This document shows positions 31,430 through 44,525 of a stretch of 64,000 nt of DNA, piece after piece. The position numbers and the translations under genes were made by a program. This stretch comes from Octopus vulgaris (taxonomy: Eukaryota), in contig OX597814.1 of assembly GCA_951406725.2 (NCBI GenBank), positions 18,414,001 to 18,478,000 on the forward strand, in the 5' to 3' direction. How positions within the stretch are numbered: the first letter of the stretch is position 1; the number at the start of each line of letters is the position of its first letter. The notes beneath the pieces are model-generated. The model was given only the letters and a program-made list of their open reading frames with translations, was not told where the DNA came from and made no database searches.

Positions 31430-31439
<10 letters not shown>

Positions 31440-31820
31440 CACACGTGCCATCCGTCCACACACGTGACATCCGTCCAATACACGTGTCATCCGTCCACAA
31501 CAAAAATCTAAATCGCATCACATAACGACAATACGGCGCAACTATTTCACCTCAATTGGACCCGCTCTCTTCAACATTACACCAGGACACGTCAAAAAAG
31601 AAACTGACCACACAAAATTCAAGAAGTCTTTGGACAAATTCCTTCAAACAGTCTCGGACAAACCACCCACACCCGGATATGTCTCCGCAAACAATAACTC
31701 TCTGCTCGAATGGGCCTTGGTGCCCAAATCCTGAATTGAAAGACTTCGCCAGGTGGTGCTATTAAGTTAGACATGGCCTGGGCCAATACTGGCCAAAACC
31801 TTTCTAAGTTATTCTAAGTT
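31430..31820 (+). mobile_element. 3' fragment of a second CR1/L2-group LINE
   Basis: Translates to ITTIRRNYFTSIGPALFNITPGHVKKETDHTKFKKSLDKFLQTVSDKPPTPGYVSANNNSLLEW*, similar to the C-terminus of ORF 60226-61749 (CPQLFNIL..FKMKLDLFL..PDEP..SNSL). Ends in a TTCTAAGTT repeat. Confidence 0.75.
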
Positions 31821-32634
31821 ATATATATATATATATGCATATATATGTACATGTGTGTGTATGTAAGTGTATGCAGGGTGTGTAAAGTATTTGAGGACAT
31901 ACCTTTTTCAGTCGTTGCTATATAACCTGTATAATTTTTTGATTCAGAAAATAATAAGAAAATAAAAGGAATAGTCAGAAATGTTGTCCACGAAGTCATC
32001 AGATATATGTCTTTCATAATCACTACATAGATAGAAAAGGTTCATAAATAAACTGAAAAATCGATTAATGAATCAGAAGATGGATTTGGTATTAGTCTTT
32101 ATTCTGTACGACGATCTTTACGACCCATCCTGCGACTGAGCTTTGTGGGTGAGATACCGGGCCTCATATTATGCTGCATCAACTTTGTGTTGCATCAACT
32201 TTATCTGGATCACGCAAGATACATGCATACATAGTGTAGTGTCCGCTAAAACTATTCAGTTCAGGCAATTATATTGGCGTTTGCCTAATTCATTAGGCTT
32301 TGTGCAAATTTTGACTGTAAGAAGGATGGATAAATCGTGATGAAAATGTTTCTCTGTATTTCTACACAGTAACTTTTGTCTTTATCTGATTTTAACGAAG
32401 CTATATCAATTTTGATTTCCACCATCTCGAATCGATAAATTATATATAACAAGTACCAATGAAATATTGCTTTCGATAATGCCTATTGTTCTCTTCCATA
32501 GTTTTTGTGATCAAGTGTCTGTCCCAGACTTGGTCTTCTATGTATAATTTCTTCATTATTTGTGTAATTATCCTACCGCTTCTCTTTCGCAATCTCACTC
32601 TCCCTCACAATCTCTTTCTCTCTCCTCATTCCTC

Positions 32635-32694
<60 letters not shown>

Positions 32695-32707
32695 TTTTTC
32701 TTTCTCA

Positions 32708-32769
<62 letters not shown>

Positions 32770-33048
32770 TTGTCTGTCTGTCTGTCTGTCTGTCTATCAG
32801 TCTGTATTAATCTTCCCTATCTTCGGTATGATTGATATTAAGCCTCCATTTTGTTACAAATCAGAAATGCCAGCTCTCATACATAGATCGCTCACACAGC
32901 ATTGACCTAACTTTGGAAGGGTTTTCTATCTTCACACTTTCATTCGTTTCTTTCATTTTCATCATAGACGATATTTTTTTTCTTCCGCTCCTACTCTTCC
33001 TTCTACTTCGTATTATTATTAATATTATTGTTGTTGTTGTCGTCGTCG

Positions 33049-33142
<94 letters not shown>

Positions 33143-35406
33143 CAAGTCCGCCTTGCCGAAGTTGGAGGTATTGTTTCAGTCATGTCTGTTTGTCTATTTG
33201 TTTGTTTGTCCGACTCTTTGAGCTATGAGTTCAAATACTGCTGAAGCTATCTCTACCTTTCATCCTTTCGGATTTAAATATCAGACTAAAAGCAGAAATG
33301 AACGAAGGTAGGACTGGAATAATATCTTGTAATGTTTGTTTCGACTCTTTAGGATCTGAGTTCAAATCCAACCAAAACCTCTCGGGTAATCGATTTAATC
33401 CGCCGTCTGTTTCAGCACCCCGCTCTGGGAACTTGAGTGCCTTTAGCGGAGTGTAACCTCTTACAAGCATTCGAGCCAGTTATCGGATGCCTTCCTCCCT
33501 CTCAGACACCTACCGTTCGGGACCCTGTAAACCGTTATGGGCAATACTTTACTTCTTTGCTAAAAGAAAAATACCTAGATGGCTACAAAATTGTTACGCT
33601 TCCATTCATTTACAAATAATTGTCCCAAAATTCTATTTAAGTAAACGATATACATAAACTGAAGCATGACGTGTGTAACCGATAATGAATTTGTGTAATA
33701 TACAGCAAAAATCACTAAGGCAAAAGGCTAATGGTATGACTAACAATCCAGAATGTGTATGTGAGAGAGATGAGTGAGAGAGAGATAGTGAAAGATACAG
33801 AGAGAGAACGACAGAATAATATATACAGCTTTGAAGAATTGTTCATTTGAGTTTAAATATCATTTTACAACGAATGTTTGGGACAAAGTAAAGCTTAGTG
33901 GGAAAGAAGCAAGCATATGAAGGAATAATAAGGTAAAGAAGAAGTTTTATTACACGAACACAACATTACACAATCGACTGTTGTATTAACATGTCAAACA
34001 TCTTTCAGAAATATGTAATCCTTAAAGCTTTTTTGAGTAATATATGGGAGAGTAAGCACTCTCTCTGTCTCTCTGTCACTGTCTCGGTCTATCAGTCACA
34101 CACACAAAACCACGTGTACGTACATACACACACATGCATAAATTTAGTACTTGTATGACTTAGAAATGTCTTTAGATCTCAATTCCTTTTACCAGGGATC
34201 TCATCAGTAATTTGAAACAATATTTTGCTTGCTTCGACGAAAGTCGATTCGCTGCCGGTATAAGAGAATCATATTTTAAGGTCATATGTTCGGAACGTGA
34301 TTACTTGTGTTCAGTTACCAAGCTAAACAAAAGAGACCTTATCCTTATTATTTTTTTTTTCCTTTTCAATTTTAATTCATATTTAAAATTATCAAATTAG
34401 TATACTTGAAATGCTCTACAGGTTTTAGTAACAATTTATGTAGACAATTGTATTTCTTTAATATTCTGCATCTCTTTTTCAAACTTCTTTCAGTTGCTAT
34501 CACTAATTTCGTGGGAAAGCAAACGAATTCTACACTTTAGAGATAGAATTACCTTTTCTATTTCTTAAATATAAAAGTATTATAATCTATCAATAACACC
34601 TCTGTATTATATAATGTTCGTCTCTATTGAATACACTGGTGGAATGTATGTATAATTCAATATATATATATATTATGTATCTGTCTAATGTGAAATATAA
34701 TTGCCTGATATTAGAAATAATATTTTTAATGTCAGGAAAACACTTAAACTGTAGACATACATATTCAAATGCACCCTTAAAATCGTATACTTTCGTCTGG
34801 TATATGTGCTTAAACACATACGTACATTAATATGCACATATGTAGAGACGCAAATACGTGCGCATTGTCCATTTGCGTGTGCTCATTGATAATGTCGTGT
34901 GTAAATGCATATACATATACATAAACGCATGAATGCACACGCAGTACACGCCAGCGCTTCAAAAGCAATCATACATAACGTAAAATTATGAAATTAAATG
35001 CTATAAAGATCGAAGTATGTAGACACAGAGATCGTTGTATTTTTGCATATAAATTGGTTGGGCATGGCGATGTAAATTATAAAAAAAACATTATGTGAAT
35101 CACTGTTTCTAGTATATATTGTATATATTTAAAATCAGTAAATATATGAGAATAGAGAACCCCGAAATTAAATCAGAAATAAATAATTATGCAGTAAAAT
35201 ATTATTTAGCAATTATTTAAATTTGGTATGAAGAGCTGTAAGGTAATTGAAATTTAGAAAATTAGGAAAAAAGTTTAATAAATTCTCCAAGGAATTAATG
35301 TTTCATTATATAGGTAATGCACAAATGAATCAATATTTAATAAACATTGTTGCAAAGTCAGTATGTGAATAAAAGGGTAATTGATAAAATGATGTAAACC
35401 TAAATA

Positions 35407-35842
35407 AGGCGTTGGAGTGGCTGTGTGGTAATTAGCTTGCTTACCAACCACATGGTTCCGAGTTCAGTCCCACTGCGTGGCATCTTGGGCAAAGTGTCTT
35501 CTGCTATAGCCCCGGGCCGACCAAAGCCTTGTGAGTGGATTTGGTAGAGGGAAACTGAAAGAAGCCCGTTGTATATATGTGCATATATGTATATATATAT
35601 ATATATATGCATACGTGTTATATGTTTGTGTGTCTGTGTTTTTCCCCACAACATCGCTTGACAACCGATGCTCGTGTGTTTACGTCCCCGTAACCTAGCG
35701 GTTCGGCAAAAGAGACCGATAGAATAAGTACTAGGCTTACAAAGAATAAGTCCTGGGGTCGATTTGCTCGACTAAAAGGCGGTGTCCCAGCATGACCACA
35801 GTCAAATGACTGAAACAAGTAAAAGAGTAAAGAGTAAAGAGT
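35407..35842 (+). mobile_element. SINE family A, full-length
   Basis: AGGCGTTGGAGTGGCTGTGTGGTAA..GAGTTCAGTCCC..TTGGGCAAAGTGTCTT...TGACTGAAACAAGTAAAAGAGTAAAGAG. Confidence 0.9.
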
Positions 35843-35880
35843 GTAAGTGATTTAATAAATCTAAACTCAATGTGTAAGAC

Positions 35881-35915
<35 letters not shown>

Positions 35916-36083
35916 ATGTGAAATTTAAGAATAAAAACATAAAATTTCATATTATTTAGAGTATATAAAAAGTTATATATTGAAAATTAATAAAAATAAA
36001 AGTACAGCGCAGCTATAGGTGCAGGGGTTGCTTTGTGGCAAGTAGTTTGTTTCCCATGATTCCATGTTTAGTCCCGCTGCGTG

Positions 36084-36136
<53 letters not shown>

Positions 36137-36138
<2 letters not shown>

Positions 36139-36744
36139 CAGGGCTGGCCTGCTAGGTAGCCGGCCAGAATGCTAGAAGAAGACCATCAACGATCAAACTA
36201 CAAGGGAAATTCTCTAGAGGAAGAATTCAGCGAACACCAGAACCAACTTTGGCGGACAGGACATATGAAAAATTAAATAAATAACAGACTTAAATGCATA
36301 CCTCGGTTTCGGTCTTAACAAAAGAATTACTTGCATAATTCAAGTGTCCGTGACTTCATCAGTACATTTGGTCCTCGAGATGCAAACCGCAATACTAACC
36401 CCAGCTCTCTGTGTCAAGACAGACACGTGCTTAGTCTTACTGATTACATCGGGAATAAAATTTCAAATGTCTTGGTTCTGGCGTTAGTATTGCGGTTTGC
36501 ATCTCGAGGACCAAATGTACTGATGAAGTCACGGACACTTGAATTATGCAAGTAATTCTTTTGTTAAGACCGAAACCGAGGTATGCATTTAAGTCTGTTA
36601 TTTATTTAATTTTTCATATGTCCTGTCCGCCAAAGTTGGTTCTGGTGTTCGCTGAATTCTTCCTCTAGAGAATTTCCTTGTAGTTTGATCGTTGATGGTC
36701 TTCTTCTAGCATTCTGGCCGGCTACCTAGCAGGCCAGCCCTGCC
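36137..36744. mobile_element. Fold-back element: about 268-bp near-perfect inverted arms (36137-36404 / 36478-36744), 73-bp spacer, one hammerhead per arm
   Basis: Arms are reverse complements with about 1 mismatch and 1 indel; starts immediately after (TA)n. Confidence 0.9.
36513..36590 (+). ncRNA. Type I hammerhead ribozyme motif (mirror copy on minus strand at 36292-36369)
   Basis: AAAUGUA-CUGAUGA-A-GUC...GAC-C-GAAA-CCGAGG-UA|UGCAUUU. 7-bp stem I (one GU), GUA triplet, predicted cleavage after 36583. Confidence 0.75.
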
Positions 36745-36848
36745 AATATACACATATATTTGAATTTTCTCTGACTCCTCAGATTATTTGAATGCTGGAC
36801 TACTGGTTTTAAATTGATATTAAAATTAATATTAATTTATCTCCCTCA

Positions 36849-36886
<38 letters not shown>

Positions 36887-37491
36887 GATATAAGTGGCTT
36901 TGGTATCCAGGAGTTCCCAAAATATGCTATTCCATTTGTGAATTTATTACTGGTTTCATGTTAAGAAAAGTAGGAAAATATCCTAGTGTCTTAACAATTT
37001 TTCAAGCCGATCACATGGAGAAAGGTGTTCGCCTCTCTATTTTGGAAAACAGTCTCCCTTCGTTCACAGGGTTTCTCGTAAATTCGCATAAATAAAACAA
37101 TAAATCAATGAATCACAGCGCGTTACATCTGAGTAGCATCGTTTTGGAAGTTTGTCTCCCTTGAATTTGTCTTCTGGGCAAGTTTTTTGTGATCAATTTG
37201 TTTGCATTATTTTGCATTATTGCACTTTTGTTCTGGGTATAGTGGTCTTATACTTGTGTGCTGAAGTGTTTCGTAATTAAGGAATATTTCTTCTGGTATG
37301 AAGTTTGTGTGTTATGCGTGTTCGCACTTAGGAAAGGGGCTATCCTGCTCGGGTTACCCTTGGGTATGGGGGTCTCTTTGAAATATCTGAGTGTAAAGTA
37401 TTGTTCGTGTGTGTGTACATATATATACATTGCGTGCGTGCGTGTGTGTGTGTGTGTGTGTATGTGTGTGTGTGTGTGCATATATAAATAT

Positions 37492-37641
37492 AGGTGTGGC
37501 TGTGTGGTAAGAAGCTTTCTTCCCAATCACATGGTTCCGGGTTCTGTCCCACTGCGTGGTACCTTCGGGGAGTGTTTTCAACTATAGCCTCAAGCAGACC
37601 AAAACCTCGGGAGTGGATTTGGTAGAGGGAAATTAGTTGAG

Positions 37642-37678
<37 letters not shown>

Positions 37679-37918
37679 TAATAATAAAATATTAGGGAAT
37701 AAATCCAAACTTACAGGGAAAAATCAGATTTAGGATTAAATCCAATTTTATAGTATACATATATTATATTATATTATAATAAATTAGAGATAAAACCACT
37801 ATTAGGCAAATCAAACAATGAAAAACATAAGCCAATACATAAAATTAATTTAATTTATATTATTTTAAATAATATGTATATATATATATTTATATATATA
37901 TATACATACATATCTTGG

Positions 37919-37999
<81 letters not shown>

Positions 38000-38190
38000 C
38001 TATGTTTGTCCCCACCACCATTGCTGTACAATCGATGTCCCCATAACCTAGCGGTTTAGCCAAAGACACCGCAAAATCGAATAAGAACTAGGCTTACAAA
38101 TAATAAGTCCTGGGTTCGATTTCTTCGAATTACACCATTTCAGGCGGTGCTCCGACATGGCTGCAGTCAAAATGACTGAAACAAATAAAA
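37492..38190 (+). mobile_element. SINE family A split by an insertion in its internal microsatellite
   Basis: Head at 37492-37643 and 3' half at 37995-38190; the intervening DNA includes the 37676-37873 repeat. Confidence 0.8.
37676..37873 (-). mobile_element. AT-rich tail fragment of the hammerhead-bearing family seen at 39.1-39.5, 59.7 and 61.7 kb
   Basis: Shares TTAGAGATAAAACCACTATTAGGCAAATCAAACAATGAAAAACATAAGCCAATACATAA and AATCAGATTTAGGATT. Confidence 0.85.
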
Positions 38191-38843
38191 AAAGAGTAGA
38201 AGAATAAAGGAATATATGTGTATATGTATGTATGTATATGTGTGTGTGTAGTTATGTTACGTTTTTAATATTGTAAAGAGGGTTGCATTCTGTTATACGT
38301 GTATGCGCAGGAGGATACATGTGCGTAAATATCAGAGATTTGCAAATAAGTAAAGATACATATGTTGAATTGTGAAAGAAATGTATTTGTGTTTTTTTCT
38401 TTTTATTATTTTCTTTACTTTTATTTATTTTTTTTTTTTTTCATGATGCAGCAAATATTTGCTTATTGGCGAGAAGTGACAAAGAAAACAATGCACAGCT
38501 TGTTGAATTAACACTGAATTTCGATGCTGTTTTCCCAAGATACCCCAAATATTGACTGTCTTGTTCGGAGCGACATCACCTACAAAGAATACTTACACCG
38601 GGATGCTTTTTTTTTTCTGCCACAATTCGTTTTGGTTTTTTTTTTTTTTTTTAACGGTTACGCCTCACACTCGTTATATTGATAGAAAAGATAAGATAAA
38701 TACCAAAAGATGGAGACAGATACATAGATGCATATACACTGACGCTGACAAACTCGCACTTATACACAGTTGCATCACACAACACTGTTGCTAAGTTATC
38801 GCTGAATAAAGGTCAATAATATCTATACATAAATATATATAAA

Positions 38844-38898
<55 letters not shown>

Positions 38899-39023
38899 GT
38901 AAATATACATATATATACATATATTTATGCATCTATATATACATATATATATATATATACCCACACACACACATATATATATATATACATACACATATAT
39001 ATACATGAATATGTATATATACT

Positions 39024-39090
<67 letters not shown>

Positions 39091-39094
<4 letters not shown>

Positions 39095-39490
39095 AAATTA
39101 GAGACAAAACCACTATTAGGCAAATCAAACAATGAAAAACTTCAGCCAATACATAAGGTAATTTAATTTATATTATTTAAATATATAACAAAATTATTTT
39201 TAAAATGTTTAAACCTCGCCAAGATAAATATTTAAACCACCTGATGAATGACTGCGACTCAAAAATTTGAAGAAGTTAGCAGGCATGAAACGATCGTAGT
39301 GTGATATTAATTATAATTTTTTAATCATTTTGTTATATATTTAAATAATATAAATTAAATTATCTTATGTATTGGCTTAAGTTTTTCATTGTTTGATTTG
39401 CCTAATAGTGGTTTTGTCTCTAATTTAATATAATATAATATTTTAATATAAAATTGGATTCAATCCTAAATCTGATTTTCCCTCCATAAC
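39091..39490 (+). mobile_element. Penelope-type non-coding element: inverted tail (39091-39195), hammerhead, direct tail (39327-39490)
   Basis: About 105-bp inverted arms flanking the HHR; preceded by (TA)n. Confidence 0.8.
39238..39301 (+). ncRNA. Minimal type I hammerhead ribozyme with palindromic stem III
   Basis: CAC-CUGAUGA-AUGACUGC...GCAGGCAU-GAAA-CGAUCG-UA|GUG. Canonical core; predicted cleavage after 39298. Confidence 0.8.
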
Positions 39491-39596
39491 ATTGGTGGCG
39501 AACGCTAGTCTTCTATGAACAACCTTGCCAAGAATTGCGCCCTGAAGGAGCACTTTCTAGGTGCGTCTCATGATCATTCATCCCTGAAGAGCATTT

Positions 39597-39694
<98 letters not shown>

Positions 39695-39697
39695 AAG

Positions 39698-39767
<70 letters not shown>

Positions 39768-39969
39768 GCAGATATTAATTCATATGTTGAAAAAAGCCTA
39801 TTTATGGCTTCAATCCGGAAATTGTAACCAATTCAAAATTTACGTGAGTTCTTTGCCCGCTTCCAACCGTACTTTTTTGAAGATATCGGCACTTCAAGCA
39901 TGCTGGCGATACGTCGTTTGCGCCCTTGCTCCCTTAATCTAATTATATACATACGTATATTATTATTAA

Positions 39970-40024
<55 letters not shown>

Positions 40025-40063
40025 CAATAATAATTTAAAAGGGATATAGACAGTAACTGCTCG

Positions 40064-40347
40064 ATAACATAAGGGACTAACATCTGAATATGGCTAGGGA
40101 CAGGGCAGGGTGGTGGGTGTTACTGTGCATTTAGCCCCAGGCGAACATCGACGTCACCAGAAAGGCTCGACACCGTCACGGTGCCCTTAACCTGCAAAGG
40201 GAGGTAATTCCCCGATGAAGCGCACCGTGACGGTGTCGAGCCTTTCTGGTGACGTCGATGTTCGCCTGGGGCTAAATGCAACAGTAACACCCCACCACCC
40301 CGCCCTGTCCCTAGCCATATTCAGATGGCTTTAGTCCCTTATGTTAT
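40064..40347. mobile_element. GC-rich fold-back element, arms 40064-40184 / 40222-40347
   Basis: About 120-bp inverted arms with few indels and a 37-bp spacer; (TA)n on both sides. Confidence 0.85.
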
Positions 40348-40388
40348 ATATATATATATATATATACATATATACTTATATACATACA

Positions 40389-40422
<34 letters not shown>

Positions 40423-40989
40423 CATATGTGCGGTCATCCATGTATACTTCTATATATATATATATATATGTATATTAGTTTTTGTCTATTGTAATTCATG
40501 GCCTGCTCACTGGAGGAGAATACAAAGAATCCATATTTCGAAGAAAAATACTATCCGAAGCGTCGTCGATATCTCTAAACGTAAAAAGCGTCGTCCATTT
40601 CTCTAAACATAAAATCCATTTTTATCACCAATTTATCCCATCTTGTTCCTTTTCCTGTTTTTTTTCTATTCATATATTTAATCATACATGCATCCCTCCA
40701 GATATATATATGTGTGTATGTGTGTATCAGTTCAAATACACTTACACATACACACGCTGTTTCTTTAGATTATGAACCAAAGCCTTTCCATTTTACGCGT
40801 AGAGAATTAGTTAAATGCGAGATTCATGCATTGCCTAAGATAACTTTTTAAAAAAACCGTAAATGAATACAGCAGAGAGACGAAATCTTTGTCTGAAACA
40901 CGTGATAGCGCACAGAAGACAAAACAACAATAACGCATTATTTATTTCTCTAAGCAGAAAGTGGACCCTTCTGAAATTTTTATCTGTAC

Positions 40990-41208
<219 letters not shown>

Positions 41209-41896
41209 ATTTCTTTTTCTTTTTTTTGTCTTTGTGCAAATTACGGGTCAGAATAATTTTATCGATGACACACTGATCGACCTTGTATTCGCACATTATA
41301 TCCGTACAAATAATCCATGTCATAGTCATTTATTTCAGTTGTGGGTTCCGAACGAAGTATTCGAGTACAACGAAAGTATCATCTTAAATAGCGCTGATTG
41401 TATAAGAATCTTATCTTTCTGCAACAGTGAATTTTTCTCGTACAACCTGGGAAATATAACATCGATTCAGCAATCCCTACTTCGTCCTTCGTTCTATCTC
41501 TTTATAATTTCCCCTCAAGCTTGTTCGGAGAATAGACCGTTCACTCATCATTATGATTCACACATTTAGCAACACTGCATAAATATCTGTTCCTTTATAG
41601 AGCTAAAGGTTGCAGCAGAATATCGATTTATATTCGATCATGGTAAAACAGCCATAATCGTCACAGATATTAATCATCAATAAATCATGGTGTTGAATAT
41701 GAAAACAAATTGTTCTTTACACCTACACACATACTATATATACACAAACAGGCGTGCTCGCGCACACACATATATGTGTGTGTGGGAGGATACATATGTA
41801 TGTGTATATGTATATATAATACATATATTATACAGTTGTGTATATAACGTCACAAATATTGGTATATGTATATATATATGTATATTTGTGTATACA

Positions 41897-41952
<56 letters not shown>

Positions 41953-42508
41953 TGTATGTATGTGTGCACTTGTTTATATGTGTTTATATAAAAGCAGCAT
42001 ATGTATAATGATTTCTAGCACCAGGTTATTAGTATTGTTAAGCTTAACAAAATAGTGATATCCACACATACATGCACACACACACACACATACACACACA
42101 CACACACTCATATATTATATACATATGTATGTATGTATGTACGTATGTATCAATGTATGGATATGTGTATATATGAGCATATTACATGCATAATGTCTTT
42201 ATATGGCTTGTACGAATTTCCTTCTGCCCAGTCTTAGTCACAAGGCTTGAGGCATCCTGGCGCTATGTTACGACTTAGTTACCCGAGATGCCACGCTGGG
42301 ACATCGCGCCTAAAACATTATGATTATCAAGTGTACTTCTCACTCACTTCAAGTGTGCATTCATATTAGTATGTAGATGTGCGCATGCATTCACACCACA
42401 TATATGTTTGGGAACTGCGATATCAAAATATGTTTAATTTGTTATCGGAACGTAGCCAATGCATATAGAGCTCACGAGATTAAAATAATCGTTTCGAACA
42501 TACTACCA

Positions 42509-42880
42509 CAGAACATTGAGTTTTATTTCGTTAAGGGCCTCATCAGTTCTGTTCATTGGGGATTGACCATTCTGGACTACCACTTAAGTTATCTATATAA
42601 GTGAGCGTTGGTGTTCTTGAATGAAGAATTCTGAAATGGATACGCTTGTTTGATACGCTCCACTGTACATCCTGCTGCGATGTATTTTCATCTGGGTTTG
42701 GAAGCAGAACGATTCCAGAAATCGTTCTTTAATGTGTTGATAGCGACCTATCAACCATACAGCTTTTAAGTAATTTGGTAGAAGAGATGTTACTACATGA
42801 AATACAATGTGATTCAGTTCTTAGACCATATATAAAACTTTGCTGTGGTACCTGTTTCTGATCTTTGCATAAAGTTCAAT
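42509..42880 (-). pseudogene. Highly decayed Penelope-like 3' end (GIY-YIG C-terminus) followed by a hammerhead relic
   Basis: Frameshifted peptides resembling NT.KERF.N and DVQWS.IKQAYPF, followed by CAGAA-CTGATGA-GG...C-GAAA...TTCTG (42551-42509). Confidence 0.4.
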
Positions 42881-43589
42881 AGCAAGATTTATAAATATAT
42901 AAATACATATTTATGATTGTGTATGTATATACCAATATTTGTACATACATATAATAGAAATTTATTCAAAGACATATATGTTATGCATATACATATATGT
43001 TTGTGCCTGGGGTGATTGAAGTAGGTACATGTTTAAGATATTTCAGTAACAATAAGTCTGAACTTATCAGGTTCATTTTGTATTGAGTGCACGAAACGAG
43101 ATCAAATATGAAGCAAGGAACACACTTTAGTTTTTAGCGCAATATAGTATAATGTGTGTTTTAAAAACTCATCTCTACAACTTAGTAATATTACAAATAG
43201 AAAGGCTAGATTTGACATTAAGTCATGGTTATGATATTTAAATAACCTACTAAATAATCACGCTTTGTTACTGCAAATTACATAAATGGTATAACTGAAT
43301 ATCATATAAACTATCTCTCACATTTTGTGTTAATTTCTGCAAATACTCCGTAGAAAGAAAAAACGAAATTCTGGATATCTATCAAACGTTAAGGATATGA
43401 TAATAAGAACAGAAATGCACAGTGTTCTTAATAGTCGCTACTTGTCTCGCAGTACAAACTTTAGATGATATTATATGAATATATACATATATATAAGGTT
43501 ATTGTGCTAAATTTGACGATTCCTTATGTCTCATTTTTCCAGGAACAATTTATTGTATTGGTGAACATTCAATGGCCCTGAAGTATATA

Positions 43590-44245
43590 CAGATTTAAAG
43601 TTGCACTCGAGAAAAAGTTAGCGGACATGGAAGACTGGATGCCATCCGAATATCGGGTATCAAAAAGCTGATATCATGACTGTTTCTCCAATGTTCTGTG
43701 AACACTGTAAAGCTGTAAGATATATCATGCGCGTCTGCAAGGGAGACTGTAAAGCCGTGGCCACCAGAATGAGACACAGCAAGCGTTCTGACTGCGTCGG
43801 CATGCCAGCATTTGTCGCCACATCTTTGATCCAGGGCCTTAGAGTCATTTCAGACTGATACATGAAATTGCTGTAGAATCTAATCAATTCCTGGATGTTG
43901 AGCGTTGCTGCTGGAATGCCAGGATCGTGACTGTAGGATTCAGATCCATACCAAGGCTCCGGAAATATTCAGAAGTGGATATCCGAGAATTTCTACGACT
44001 TCACTAGCACGAATTTCTGGTCTCCTAATTACCCCCGATCGCAATCCTATGGATTTCTATAAGTGGCCCGATTGTGAAAGACACCCACCGCTCTCTATTT
44101 GCAACAACAAGGCTGAGATGGTGGGTAGGATCAAGTAGGTGTTCGAAGAACTTCACAGGAACACAGTGAGGAACCCGAGTGCTGGGTTCCAGAGCCGTCT
44201 TGAGGCTGCAGTGGAAGTTGACAGCGACTACTTTCAGCAAACTGT
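43590..44245 (+). pseudogene. Decayed Tc1/mariner-superfamily transposase
   Basis: Peptides *DSDPY..SGNIQKWISENFYDFTSTNFWSPN.PDRNPMDFY.W...NNKAEMVGRIK*VFEEL.RNTVRN..AGFQSRLEAAVEVDSDYF match the WPPNSPD.NP.D catalytic region and C-terminus. Confidence 0.75.
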
Positions 44246-44305
44246 TATCTTCTTCCCGTAATATGGTTTTCATTTTTTGATAGGTTATGTTCTTATATAT
44301 ATATA

Positions 44306-44489
44306 TGGGGAGAGTTTACAAAAAAACAAAAGACAAAGATAGGTGGTGTACAAAATAAACAGATGTATTAGTATAACGCTAAGGAATAGAAAAAGTCTTT
44401 TATGTTTCGAGCTTACGCTCTTCTACAGAAAGGGACACAGAACAAGGAGAGAAAAAATGTGTGTAGTGGCTAACGATCTATCATAGCGA

Positions 44490-44492
<3 letters not shown>
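44306..44492 (-). mobile_element. Short Penelope-type repeat with hammerhead-like motif (44395-44436)
   Basis: Minus strand: CUUU-CUGUAGA-A-GAGC-GUAA-GCUC-GAAA-CA-UA|AAAG. Homologous to 4420-4622; flanked by (TA)n. Confidence 0.6.

Positions 44493-44521
<29 letters not shown>

Positions 44522-44525
<4 letters not shown>

Noticed and set aside
31430-31500. CRISPR-like short repeats
   Set aside because: No unique spacers, eukaryotic context, no cas genes.
33140-33215. Helentron/HINE-like end (TCCGCC...GGAGGTATTGTTT + GTCT/GTTT repeats)
   Set aside because: Only one short end visible; cannot confirm.
36331-36555. 74-aa ORF across the fold-back centre; pre-miRNA interpretation
   Set aside because: Product of the palindrome. 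The arms are far longer than a miRNA hairpin and carry mobile-element hallmarks.
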